Source: Candidatus Omnitrophota bacterium (GTDB lineage: Bacteria > Omnitrophota > Gorgyraeia > 2-01-FULL-45-10). Taken from it: DNA of 64,000 nt. Position numbers and translations under genes: made by a program. The notes under the pieces are model-generated. The model made no database searches. It was given only the letters and a program-made list of their open reading frames with translations, and had not been told where the DNA came from. The DNA lies in assembly GCA_018823705.1 (NCBI GenBank), contig JAHJHP010000031.1, positions 1,982 through 65,981 of the forward strand. The letters run 5' to 3'. Each line of letters opens with the position of its first letter. Within the stretch, counting starts at the first letter, position 1. This document shows positions 1 through 9,133 of the stretch, piece after piece.

Positions 1-1480
1 CATCATGGTAAATTGTAATCCCGAAACTGTCTCCACTGATTATGATACGTCCAATAAGCTGTATTTTGAGCCGCTCACCGTTGAAGACGTGCTTACCATC
101 TACCGTAAAGAGAAACCGGACGGTGTGATAGTCCAGTTTGGCGGGCAGACCCCTCTCAATATAGCTCAGGAGCTTCAGGATAATGGCGTAAAAATAATCG
201 GCACGAATCCCGAGAGCATAGCCTTTGCCGAAGACCGCGAGCTCTTCCGTAAAAAGATGATATTGCTCGGCATACGTCAGACGGATGGCGCCACAGCGTT
301 CTGTATTGAAGAGGCTCTCGAGATCGCGAAGAAGATAGGATATCCGCTTATGGTCCGCCCGTCATTTGTGCTCGGCGGGCGAGGTATGGACATAATACAT
401 GACGAAGATATGCTATCTACCTACGCCAGAGAAGCTATCAGGGTCAGCCCGGAATATCCGATGCTTCTCGACCGGTTCCTTGAGAATGCCCTTGAATGTG
501 AAGTCGATGCGCTTTCCGATGGGGAAGAGGTATTTGTGACGGCGGTCATGGAGCATATCGAGCAGGCCGGCATCCATTCCGGCGATTCGGCGTGTTCCAT
601 TCCTGCGCGTACGATCAAGCCGGAGCATATTAAGACGATCGAGAAGTATACGGTAGTGATCGCGAAAGAATTGAAGGTAATGGGCCTGATCAATATCCAA
701 TTTGCCATCTGCGATGACGTCGTATATATACTTGAGGCCAACCCCCGCGCTTCAAGGACGGTGCCGTTTGTCTCCAAGATAATAGGCATGCCCATAGCGC
801 GTATCGCCACACAGCTTATGCTTGGTAAGAAGATAAAGGATTTCCCCGAATTACGCCATCAATCACGCGATTATGTCGGCGTAAAAGAGGCGGTCTTTCC
901 GTTCAACATGTTCCCGGAAGTCGATCCGGTGCTGGGCCCCGAGATGAGGGCTACCGGTGAGGTGATGGGGATCGACCGGACATTCGGACTTGCTTTTTAC
1001 AAAGCCCAGGAAGCTGCGGGGAATCCGCTTCCGCGCGAAGGGAGCGTCCTGGTCACTGTAGCCGACGAAAACAAAGCGGAGCTCCTGCCGATAGCCAAAC
1101 GGCTGGTGAAACTGGGGTTCACGCTGCACGCGACCGAGCATACCTGCGAATATCTGAAGAAAAAAGGCGTTTCGTCATCGCTGATCAATAAGATGTATGA
1201 AGAAAGGCCGAATATTGAAGATGCGATAAAGAATAGACAGGTCCACCTGATCATCAATACTCCTTCCGGCAGGTTTGGGAAGCGGGACGATAGCTATATC
1301 AGGATGATGGCGATCCAATACAAGGTGCCTTATTTTACGACGATGGCAGGCGCGGAAGCGAGTGTCGAAGGAATAGAAGAGATGAGTAAAGGCCGGAGCG
1401 AACCGGTTTCATTGCAGGAGTACCATGCCCGGAAGATAGCGGCGGATCAGGGAAAGAAAGCGCTTAGCGCCAAAACATAA
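1..1480 (+). CDS. carB: Carbamoyl-phosphate synthase large subunit, C-terminal part (truncated by window start)
   Basis: NCNPETVSTDYDTS, QFGGQTPLN, HIEQAGIHSGDSAC, EANPRASRTVPFVSK, C-terminal MGS-like domain. Confidence 0.97.
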   Translation, partial: IMVNCNPETVSTDYDTSNKLYFEPLTVEDVLTIYRKEKPDGVIVQFGGQTPLNIAQELQDNGVKIIGTNPESIAFAEDRELFRKKMILLGIRQTDGATAFCIEEALEIAKKIGYPLMVRPSFVLGGRGMDIIHDEDMLSTYAREAIRVSPEYPMLLDRFLENALECEVDALSDGEEVFVTAVMEHIEQAGIHSGDSACSIPARTIKPEHIKTIEKYTVVIAKELKVMGLINIQFAICDDVVYILEANPRASRTVPFVSKIIGMPIARIATQLMLGKKIKDFPELRHQSRDYVGVKEAVFPFNMFPEVDPVLGPEMRATGEVMGIDRTFGLAFYKAQEAAGNPLPREGSVLVTVADENKAELLPIAKRLVKLGFTLHATEHTCEYLKKKGVSSSLINKMYEERPNIEDAIKNRQVHLIINTPSGRFGKRDDSYIRMMAIQYKVPYFTTMAGAEASVEGIEEMSKGRSEPVSLQEYHARKIAADQGKKALSAKT

Positions 1481-1538
1481 ATACCGTTTATCTGAAAGCT
1501 TAAACGTGGTTTCCGTAAATTAAGGAGGCGGTTAAAAA

Positions 1539-2729
1539 ATGAAAAAAATATTAGTGATAGCAGGATGTATTATCTTTTGCCTCCTGGCCGCACTGATGAT
1601 CAGGAAGGCGCTGCCCCCCGCTGAAGAGATAGTGTATGATCAGGCTAATAAGGTATTCATGGTGAAGGGAGACGTGAAGATCAGAAGAGCCGAAAACCCG
1701 TCATCTTTGCAGGACATGAAAGTTTCGGCGATATTAAAAAAAGGCGATATATTGGAAACCTCCAAAGATTCCGCGGTGGAAATAGTGATCGGCGAAAATG
1801 TCGATAAAGCGGTAAAGCTGGGAGAGAATAGCCGCCTGGAGTTTCAGGATATTAACCCTGCGCATCTGAACCTTTCAAGGGGAAAAGTACGCGTGACATT
1901 AAAAAAATTGGAACCCAAGTCTTCGTTTACCGTAAAGACGCCTACGGCGATATCCGGCGCAAGAGCGACAGCGTGGTCGGCGGAGGTAATCGGCAACAAG
2001 ACCAAAATTTGCGTATTTGAAAGCGACGTATTGGTGCGCGGAATAGATGCCGCAGGAAAGCCTAACACGAAAAGATATATTACCGGTGAAGGGACGGAGC
2101 GGGAGGTCGAAAGAGGCAAACCCGTAAGCGCGGCCAAAAAGATATCGGAAATTGATATGCAGGACTGGCAATATTGGGATAAGAACATCTCGTTCCTCAG
2201 GGAAGGCAAAATATTGGTGGACGATTTTAGCAAAAAAGAGAATTTCAATAATCTTAGCGGCCCCCTGGGCTCCTGGAACGTATTTTATTCCGATCCAAAC
2301 CAGCAATGTAAAGATGAGTTTACCGACCTGGAAAGAGTAGGAGACAGCGGATACGGCCTGAAATTGACGTATGACGTCGATTCGCCATTTTCCGCCTATA
2401 ACGGTTTCTTTACAAGCCTTATGGGAATAGACCTGACGGATTATAGATATCTCGTCTTCTCCATAAAAGGGGATAAGAAGGCGGGCTTTACGACGACATT
2501 GAATATTGAGTTAAAGAATAAGAATCAGATAGGCAGGATGTCCATAGACGGCATAACGGATGAATGGGAAAAGATAACAGTTCCTCTGGGACAGTTCGTG
2601 GGCATAAATGATTTTAAGGACATGAAGGAATTCGTGATAGTATTCAGCGATATAAATGCCACTAAGAAAGAGGGTGTCGTGTATATAGACGACATCTATT
2701 TCGCAAAGCCGGAAGCTCCCGGTCAGTAA
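1539..2729 (+). CDS. Membrane-anchored FecR-domain protein with C-terminal carbohydrate-binding (CBM11/CIA30-like) domain
   Basis: N-terminal hydrophobic segment; FecR motif GDILETSKDS...FTVKTPTAISGARAT; C-terminal DLTDYRYLVFSIKG...WEKITVPL...GVVYIDDIYF. Confidence 0.75.
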   Translation: MKKILVIAGCIIFCLLAALMIRKALPPAEEIVYDQANKVFMVKGDVKIRRAENPSSLQDMKVSAILKKGDILETSKDSAVEIVIGENVDKAVKLGENSRLEFQDINPAHLNLSRGKVRVTLKKLEPKSSFTVKTPTAISGARATAWSAEVIGNKTKICVFESDVLVRGIDAAGKPNTKRYITGEGTEREVERGKPVSAAKKISEIDMQDWQYWDKNISFLREGKILVDDFSKKENFNNLSGPLGSWNVFYSDPNQQCKDEFTDLERVGDSGYGLKLTYDVDSPFSAYNGFFTSLMGIDLTDYRYLVFSIKGDKKAGFTTTLNIELKNKNQIGRMSIDGITDEWEKITVPLGQFVGINDFKDMKEFVIVFSDINATKKEGVVYIDDIYFAKPEAPGQ

Positions 2730-2733
2730 AGAC

Positions 2734-2773
2734 AAAAAACCCTACATACACCAAATGCGTTGTAGGGTTTTTT
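2734..2773. terminator. Bidirectional intrinsic terminator between convergent FecR genes
   Basis: aaaaaaccctaca-N14-tgtagggtttttt inverted repeat with A/T tails on both sides. Confidence 0.8.
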
Positions 2774-2788
2774 AGAAGCGGCAACTGA

Positions 2789-3253
2789 CTATTCTTCGAC
2801 CGCTTCAACCTTTACGTTAAACGTGGTGCCTCTGACGCCCACGATAGATGTCGGGGTCTTCACCTCAAACCTTGAATTCTCGCTATGCACTTTCTGTGCT
2901 TTTATCATGACTTCGCCCATAGCCAGATCCAGAAGCGTCTGTGACGTGTCTGTCGCAGGATCAGCTCTTAATTCAGAGATCGACAACTCGGAGCCGCTCT
3001 TTACCTCTACGGTGGCTATCTTGCCGTCATCGAGATTCAGAAGCGCCGATGATCCCGCGGACGTCTTCATGGTATCTCCCTCACTTAATACCATTCCGAC
3101 GGTGGCCGGAGACCAGGCACTTTGCCCGGACTGTCTCATCTCAGCCGTTCCGTTTATACTCATGACCTGCGCGTTACGTTTTTCCACCGCGTAACCGGCT
3201 GTGGCGATACCTAATACCAGCACCATAATGCAAGCTAACCTTAATATTTTCAT
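2789..3253 (-). CDS. Secreted stand-alone FecR-domain protein
   Basis: Signal peptide; GMVLSEGDTMKT, FEVKTPTSIVGVRGTTF; upstream GGAGG on minus strand. Confidence 0.85.
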   Translation of the reverse strand: MKILRLACIMVLVLGIATAGYAVEKRNAQVMSINGTAEMRQSGQSAWSPATVGMVLSEGDTMKTSAGSSALLNLDDGKIATVEVKSGSELSISELRADPATDTSQTLLDLAMGEVMIKAQKVHSENSRFEVKTPTSIVGVRGTTFNVKVEAVEE

Positions 3254-3271
3254 CTTGTCACCTCCAGTTTA

Positions 3272-3300
3272 AATATACCCGAAAATACACTAAAAGTCAA
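3272..3300 (-). promoter_or_regulatory. Sigma70-type promoter for the minus-strand FecR gene
   Basis: Minus strand TTGACT-N17-TATATT. Confidence 0.55.
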
Positions 3301-3464
3301 TGGACGGAGTTACTAATATATTTCTGTTAGGCATTGATTAAAAGTCAGATTTAGTGTAGACTCTAACTAAAATATGGTCTCAAATCACGATGGTTTTATG
3401 CGGCAATTTTCTTAATGTTAGAGAATAAAAAGTATGCGACATTTCAAGGTTTAAAAGAGAAGGC

Positions 3465-4538
3465 ATGCTGATGAAAAGAATAACGATATTGTCCGCGTTT
3501 ATAGTCATAATTTTGTTCACGCGCACGGCTGTAATGGCTCAGGAAACTGCCGGGAGTGACGCGCAGAAATCGGCGAAGACAAAGAACGCGATAAGCTGGC
3601 AGTCGATAGGCCAGAAGATGAAAGAATACAAAGGAATTTTGAAGGAGATCGTCAGTGATGCCGAGAAGAGCCTTAAAAAGATGGAAGAAGAATCTAAGGC
3701 CCGTGAGAGTGAAAAAGCGATGAAGGAAGCCGCCAAAAAGGCGAATGCGGAAGCTATCAAAAAAGCGGCGAAAAAAGCAGCTAAAAAGAAGGCCGCGGAT
3801 GAAGTCGTCGTGAAGGCTAATAAGGCAGCTGAAAAGAAGGCCGCGAAAGAGGCCATCGCGAAGGCAAAGAAGGCCGAGAAAGAAGCCGCCGCGAAGGCAA
3901 AGAAGGCCGAGAAAGAGGCCATCGCGAAGGCAAAGAAAGCCGAGAAAGAGGCCATCGCGAAGGCAAAGAAAGCCGAGAAAGAGGCCGCCGCGCAGGCAAA
4001 GAAAGCCGAGAAAGAGGCCGCCGCGCAGGCAAAGAAGGCTGCCAGGCAGAAGGCCACGGATGAAGCCGCCGCGAAGGCTGCCAGAGAGATTGAAAGGAAA
4101 AGGTCGGAAGAAGCCGCTATAATGGCGAAGAGTGCGTCAAGATTAAAAATCACGGAGCCCACTCAGGAGCCCCGCCTGTTACCTGCTACTAGACGTCCTG
4201 TGAAAAAACCCAGAGCGGTAAGAGAGGTAAAAAAAGAGAGCTCCGCGTCAACCGCTAAAAGTTCAGTAGACGCTAGGAGGCTTACACCTACAGAATTGGT
4301 TATAATTCCGGTGACGCATGTGAGGAAAAGACACTTGATCGATAGGCCTTCACCGGAAGCTCAGATGATCGTTGCCAGTGAAGAAGTCTCCGCTATATAC
4401 AGGGATGCGGTAGCGCTTTACTGGGATAATAAATACAGCGATGCTAAAGCGAAGTTCGAACAAGTCCAAAAGGCATTGCCTGAATATGCGCGCACGAGCT
4501 ACTATCTGAGGCGCGTCAAGGAAAAGCTAAGTAAGTGA
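3465..4538 (+). CDS. Exported Lys/Ala-rich helical-repeat protein (TolA-like linker) with C-terminal TPR-like helix pair
   Basis: Signal peptide; six KEA(I/A)A(K/Q)AKKAE repeats; C-terminal YRDAVALYWDNKYSDAKAKFEQV...YYL. Confidence 0.7.
   Translation: MLMKRITILSAFIVIILFTRTAVMAQETAGSDAQKSAKTKNAISWQSIGQKMKEYKGILKEIVSDAEKSLKKMEEESKARESEKAMKEAAKKANAEAIKKAAKKAAKKKAADEVVVKANKAAEKKAAKEAIAKAKKAEKEAAAKAKKAEKEAIAKAKKAEKEAIAKAKKAEKEAAAQAKKAEKEAAAQAKKAARQKATDEAAAKAAREIERKRSEEAAIMAKSASRLKITEPTQEPRLLPATRRPVKKPRAVREVKKESSASTAKSSVDARRLTPTELVIIPVTHVRKRHLIDRPSPEAQMIVASEEVSAIYRDAVALYWDNKYSDAKAKFEQVQKALPEYARTSYYLRRVKEKLSK
3846..4043 (+). repeat. 33-bp coding tandem repeat, 6 units
   Basis: aaagaggcc(atc/gcc)gcg(a/c)aggcaaagaa(a/g)gccgag units in tandem. 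Confidence 0.92.
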
Positions 4539-4576
4539 TTAGTTATTAGGACGTATTAGGGGACGTGTCACTTTGG

Positions 4577-4615
4577 CCTGCCTGCCTGCGACCTGTTTAC
4601 CAGCAGGCAGGCAGG
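4577..4615. repeat. CCTGCC...GGCAGG hairpin element (family B) interrupting the family A terminal repeat
   Basis: cctgcctgcc-N19-ggcaggcagg; its removal restores ctttgggacac as seen at 48361-48371. Confidence 0.9.
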
Positions 4616-4694
4616 GACACTCCACTTTTTGTAAATTATCCATAACTACCGGCAAATTAACTATAAGTAGCCCAGGTTACTATTGTTATCAGCA

Positions 4695-4758
4695 GTAGGG
4701 GAGGTTTACCTGCCCGCCCGCAGCCGTATTCTTGCGAGCAGGCGGGAACCTCCCCTAC
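4695..4758. repeat. GTAG-type REP-like palindrome interrupted by a 38-nt family B element (4709-4746)
   Basis: gtaggggaggttta[cctgcccgcc-N18-agcaggcggg]aacctcccctac; removal gives a perfect 26-nt palindrome like 37378-37403. Confidence 0.88.
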
Positions 4759-4907
4759 CATAGGTCTTCCCGCTCGCCTCCCCCAAAGTGACACGTCCCC
4801 TTTAGCCTTGAGTTTAAGTTGGTTATTTGATAATATAAACGCAAGCTCGCCGGCACGATAAAGGCAATAGCACAGAAATATTGGCGCTAACATTTAGGAG
4901 AGTTGCG

Positions 4908-5387
4908 ATGAAGACGATGATTACATATTATTCGTTCAGTGGCAATACCGACAAGGTAGCGAAGATCTTTGCCGAAGCATTGAAAGCGAAGGGAGAGGTC
5001 TCCATGCAAAGGCTTAAACCCGCGGATGAGATCACCGCTTTTTCCGCCCAGTGCCGCGCGGCGTTTACAAGAAAGCGCGCGGAGCTTGGCCCCGGAGTGA
5101 ATTTTGACATGAGCCCGTTTGATCTTGTGATACTTGGCTGTCCCGTCTGGGCATTCGCTCCCGTTCCCGCTATGAACAGCTACCTTGATAAGGTGAACGG
5201 TTTGCATGGCAAACGCGTTCTGATCTTTTTGACCTCCGGCAGCGGGCTCGGAGTCGGCAGATGCTTTAAAAACATAAGAGAGGCTTTGCGTAGTAAGGGA
5301 GCTTCTTCCATAGAGGATATAAATATTCCCGACCGGAAACAGGGTGACACCGGATTTATAACCGCGTCCATTTCGAAGTTCCTGTAG
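4908..5387 (+). CDS. Flavodoxin-like protein
   Basis: YYSFSGNT FMN-phosphate loop, DLVILGCPVWA; start moved to ATG 4908 behind AGGAG. Confidence 0.85.
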   Translation: MKTMITYYSFSGNTDKVAKIFAEALKAKGEVSMQRLKPADEITAFSAQCRAAFTRKRAELGPGVNFDMSPFDLVILGCPVWAFAPVPAMNSYLDKVNGLHGKRVLIFLTSGSGLGVGRCFKNIREALRSKGASSIEDINIPDRKQGDTGFITASISKFL

Positions 5388-5403
5388 CGAAAGGCCCCGT
5401 ATA

Positions 5404-6435
5404 ATGCGCGTTGCGATGTATTATGCCAATGATGATGTCAGGCTCGAGGAGATGGTTAATCCCGTTATAGGCGAGGGCGAACTTCTAGTCCGCGTTGAGG
5501 CTTCCGGCATCTGCGGCAGTGATGTCATGGAATGGTACAGAATCCACCGGGTGCCGTTGGTGCTCGGTCACGAGATCGCGGGTACTGTCGCTTGCGTGGG
5601 TAAAGGCGTAGCGCGCTTCAAGGCAGGTGATCGGGTTGCCGTAGCTCACCATGTGCCGTGCCTGAAGTGCCGTTACTGCATGGATGGCCACGAGACGGCC
5701 TGCGAGACTCTGCGCAAGACCAATTTTGATCCGGGCGGATTCAGCGAATATGTGAGAGTGCCGAAGATCAATGTCGAAAAGGGGGTATTTGCGCTCCCCG
5801 ATAAAGTCTCGTTCGAGGATGCCACATTCATAGAGCCGCTCGCCTGTGTCCTGCGCGGCCAGCGCCTGGCAAAAATTAAAAAAGGCAAGACCGTTCTCGT
5901 AGTGGGAAGCGGTATCTCAGGGCTTCTCCACATAAAGGCTGCGCGCGCTGAAGGCGCCGGGCGCATATTCGCGACCGACATTTCAGATTTCAGGCTTGAG
6001 TGCGCGAGAAGGTCCGGCGCGGATCACGCCATAAACGCGGCGGAATACAGTCCTGCCATGCTTAGTCAACTGAACGGTGGATATCTTGCCGACTTTGTGA
6101 TAATCTGCGCCAGCGCTGCCGAAGCATTCGAGCAGGGGATCAGGTCGGTCGAGCGCGGGGGCACCATACTGATATTTTCAGCCGCCGCGGGCAAGGATGC
6201 GCTCATTCCGGTGCCGACTAACGATATATTCTGGCGCAATGAGGTGACGGTTACAAGCTCTTACGCCGGGAGCCCGCAAGACCACCTTAATGCTTTAGAT
6301 AAGATATGCCTTGAAAAAATAAGAGTATGTGATATGATAACGCACCGGTTTAAGCTGGACGAGACAGGGCTGGGATTTAAACTTGTCGCGGAAGCAAAAG
6401 AGTCGATGAAAATTATAATCCAACCACAACGATAA
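5404..6435 (+). CDS. Zinc-dependent (MDR family, sorbitol/threonine-dehydrogenase-like) dehydrogenase
   Basis: GICGSD, LGHE, CLKCRYC...C structural Zn site, GSGISG. Confidence 0.9.
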   Translation: MRVAMYYANDDVRLEEMVNPVIGEGELLVRVEASGICGSDVMEWYRIHRVPLVLGHEIAGTVACVGKGVARFKAGDRVAVAHHVPCLKCRYCMDGHETACETLRKTNFDPGGFSEYVRVPKINVEKGVFALPDKVSFEDATFIEPLACVLRGQRLAKIKKGKTVLVVGSGISGLLHIKAARAEGAGRIFATDISDFRLECARRSGADHAINAAEYSPAMLSQLNGGYLADFVIICASAAEAFEQGIRSVERGGTILIFSAAAGKDALIPVPTNDIFWRNEVTVTSSYAGSPQDHLNALDKICLEKIRVCDMITHRFKLDETGLGFKLVAEAKESMKIIIQPQR

Positions 6436-6452
6436 TAACCGATAAGGACATT

Positions 6453-8228
6453 ATGGCGACACCTCTGGAGAGATGGGTAGACAAAATAGCGAAGATCACA
6501 AAGCCCGACAAGATTTATTGGTGCGATGGCTCTGAAGAAGAAGCGCGTCGTCTCGTCGAGATCGGTATTAAAGAAGAGAAGATAGTGGGCACTCCCATCT
6601 TCAGGGAGCTGAACCAGAAGACCTTCCCCAACAGTTATTACCACCGCAGCCATCCGACAGACGTTGCCCGCACAGAACACCTTACGTTCGTCTGCCATCC
6701 GGATAAGGAGACGGCGGGAGCTAACAATAACTGGATGGACCCGAAAGAGGCTAAGGAGAAGATGACAAAGCTCTCCGACGGCTGCATGCGCGGGAGGACT
6801 ATGTACGTCCTTCCGTATATGATGGGACACCCGCAATCACCATACGCCAAAGCCTGTATACAATTAACGGATGTTTCGTATGTCGCGGTGAGCATGCGCA
6901 TCATGACGCGCATGTCCAGGTACTCCATTGCGAAGATCGGCGACAGCGAGAACTTTGTTAAAGGCATACATTCGGTCGGAGATTTTGATCCCGAGAAGCG
7001 TTTTGTGATGCATTTTCCGGACGAGCAGCTGGTATGGTCGATAGGTTCCGGCTACGGAGGCAATGCCCTTCTCGGCAAGAAGTGTTTCAGCCTGCGCATC
7101 GCGTCGTGGCTCGGTAAACAGGAGGGATGGATAGCCGAGCATATGGTCATCATGGGGATACAGGATCCCTCCGGCAAGACGACTTATATAACCGCCGCGC
7201 TCCCGAGCGCCTGCGGTAAGACGAATTTAGCGATGCTCGAGAGCGCTCTTCCCGGCTACAAGATATGGACGCTTGGTGATGATATTGCCTGGCTCAATGT
7301 AGGATCCGATGGCAGGCTATGGGCGATCAATCCCGAGACGGGGTTTTTCGGTGTCGCGCCGGGCACATCGATGAAGACCAATCCCAATATGATGCGGACC
7401 CTGCTGAAAGGGACATTCTTTCCGACGTTATTCACCAATACGGCTTTGAACGCCGATACGAACGAGCCGTGGTGGGAGGGCATTGATGGCGAGTGTCCGG
7501 CAAACCTTATCGACTGGCTTGGCAACAAGTATGACCCGGCTTCCGGCAAGAAAGCGGCGCATCCGAACTCGCGCTTTACCGTTTCCGTTTCACAGTGTCC
7601 CAATCTTTCAAAAGAGTTCGATAATCCCAGAGGAGTACCGATCTCAGCGATCCTCTTCGGAGGCAGGCGCGCGCATGTCGTGCCTCTGGTCACGGAGTCG
7701 AAGAGTTGGCAGCAGGGAGTCCTTTTAGGCGCGCTCATGGGCTCAGAGACGACAGCGGCAGCCAGCCATAAGGAGGGTGTTCTCAGGAGAGATCCGATGG
7801 CGATGCTCCCGTTCTGCGGCTATAATATGGGCGACTATTTCAGCCATTGGCTGGATATCGGCAGGAAGATGACCCGTCCTCCGAAGATATTCTCCATAAA
7901 CTGGTTCAGGACCGATGACCAGGGCAAATTTATATGGCCCGGTTTCGGGGATAATATTCGCGTATTCAAATGGATCATAGACAGAGTTAATAAGAACGTC
8001 GATGCCAGAAATACACCGATCGGATATCTGCCGAACATAAGTGACCTGGATCTGAAAGGGCTTTCTATGTCGAAGGAAAACATAGAGCGTTTATTCATCG
8101 TTAAGTCCGACGAGTGGTTGAAGGAGGCTGAGGCTGCCGAAGTTTTCTTCGGTAAATTCGGCAGTCGTATACCGAAGGCATTGACAGAAGAGCTGCGAAG
8201 TTTGAAGGCGAAATTACAGGGCTGCTAG
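6453..8228 (+). CDS. pckG: Phosphoenolpyruvate carboxykinase (GTP)
   Basis: GSGYGGNALLGKKC, PSACGKTNLAM, GDDIAW, AAHPNSRF, RRDPMAMLPFCGY. Confidence 0.97.
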   Translation: MATPLERWVDKIAKITKPDKIYWCDGSEEEARRLVEIGIKEEKIVGTPIFRELNQKTFPNSYYHRSHPTDVARTEHLTFVCHPDKETAGANNNWMDPKEAKEKMTKLSDGCMRGRTMYVLPYMMGHPQSPYAKACIQLTDVSYVAVSMRIMTRMSRYSIAKIGDSENFVKGIHSVGDFDPEKRFVMHFPDEQLVWSIGSGYGGNALLGKKCFSLRIASWLGKQEGWIAEHMVIMGIQDPSGKTTYITAALPSACGKTNLAMLESALPGYKIWTLGDDIAWLNVGSDGRLWAINPETGFFGVAPGTSMKTNPNMMRTLLKGTFFPTLFTNTALNADTNEPWWEGIDGECPANLIDWLGNKYDPASGKKAAHPNSRFTVSVSQCPNLSKEFDNPRGVPISAILFGGRRAHVVPLVTESKSWQQGVLLGALMGSETTAAASHKEGVLRRDPMAMLPFCGYNMGDYFSHWLDIGRKMTRPPKIFSINWFRTDDQGKFIWPGFGDNIRVFKWIIDRVNKNVDARNTPIGYLPNISDLDLKGLSMSKENIERLFIVKSDEWLKEAEAAEVFFGKFGSRIPKALTEELRSLKAKLQGC

Positions 8229-8261
8229 GCGTTTTTTGGCAAATAAATGCGGAGGAGCGAT

Positions 8262-9044
8262 ATGGACTGGGGAATGAAGAACAGGGTATCGAGGCTGATA
8301 AAGCCGAAGACCGGTAAAGCGGTTTGGCTCGCGATAGATCATGGATATTTTTTAGGGCCGGTATCGAAACTTGAAGATCCCGCGAAGACGATCAAACCGT
8401 TGATCCCTTATACGGATGCGTTGATGCTGACGCGGGGTATCTTAAGAAATTGCGTTGATGCCGGCCTGGAGATACCATTTTTACTGAGAGTATCCGGAGG
8501 TAACTCAATAGTCGGGCCCGCGCTATCCGACGAATCCATCCATACGTCTATGGAAGAAGCTCTCAGGCTGAATGCCTCCGCGGTGGCTTTTTCGGTCTAC
8601 GTGGGAAGCCAGCATGAGAACCAGACGCTCACATGTCTCGGCCAGCTCGTTAACGAAGGCCAGAGGTTCGGCATGCCGGTCCTTGCGGTAACCGCTGTGG
8701 GCAAGGAACTCGAGAAGAGAGACGCCCGATATCTGAGCCTCTCGTGCCGTATAGCCGCCGAGCTCGGCGCGCAGATCGTGAAGACATATTATTGCGATGA
8801 CTTTGAGAAGGTAGTTAAGTCATGCCCGGTGCCGGTGGTCGTAGCCGGAGGGCCGAAGCTTGACACCGAGATGGACGTGCTTGATCTCGCTCACGAAGCT
8901 GTGACGGCGGGCGCCAGGGGCGTAGATATGGGCCGCAACATATGGCAATCGAGTAACGCCGTCGGAATGATAAAGGCCATACGCTCGATCGTCCATGACG
9001 GTTCATCGGTAAAAGAAGCCGCTAAATTTCTCAATCAGAAGTAG
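8262..9044 (+). CDS. lsrF: LsrF-family class I aldolase/thiolase
   Basis: MDWGMKNR start behind GGAGG, LAIDHGY, AAELGAQIVKTYY, AGGPK, GVDMGRNIWQ. Confidence 0.85.
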   Translation: MDWGMKNRVSRLIKPKTGKAVWLAIDHGYFLGPVSKLEDPAKTIKPLIPYTDALMLTRGILRNCVDAGLEIPFLLRVSGGNSIVGPALSDESIHTSMEEALRLNASAVAFSVYVGSQHENQTLTCLGQLVNEGQRFGMPVLAVTAVGKELEKRDARYLSLSCRIAAELGAQIVKTYYCDDFEKVVKSCPVPVVVAGGPKLDTEMDVLDLAHEAVTAGARGVDMGRNIWQSSNAVGMIKAIRSIVHDGSSVKEAAKFLNQK

Positions 9045-9069
9045 ATGGGCCGCGCGCGGCAGATTTCGT

Positions 9070-9098
9070 TTGCTATTTAGCCGGTCGTCCCGTATAAT
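9070..9098 (+). promoter_or_regulatory. Sigma70-type promoter
   Basis: TTGCTA-N17-TATAAT. Confidence 0.6.
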
Positions 9099-9133
9099 TA
9101 ACAGCGATGGGTAAAAATTAAGGAGGTTAAGGA

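Larger units (their letters stand above)
4557..4801. mobile_element. MITE/REPIN-like element (family A) carrying nested palindromic insertions
   Basis: Left arm taggggacgtgtcactttgg[39-nt insert]gacactccactt and truncated right arm cccaaagtgacacgtcccct; homologous to 48347-48465. Confidence 0.8.

Noticed and set aside
3539-4162. Long minus-strand Ala/Phe/Ser-rich ORF (and 3817-4032)
   Set aside because: Antisense shadow of the Lys/Ala repeat gene.
4657-4893. Short ORFs across repeat stacks (also 36018-36335, 46351-46563, 48216-48476)
   Set aside because: They translate palindromic repeats, the riboswitch or the antisense of feoA. The shared LSTIVVRA peptide simply reflects the 27-bp repeat.
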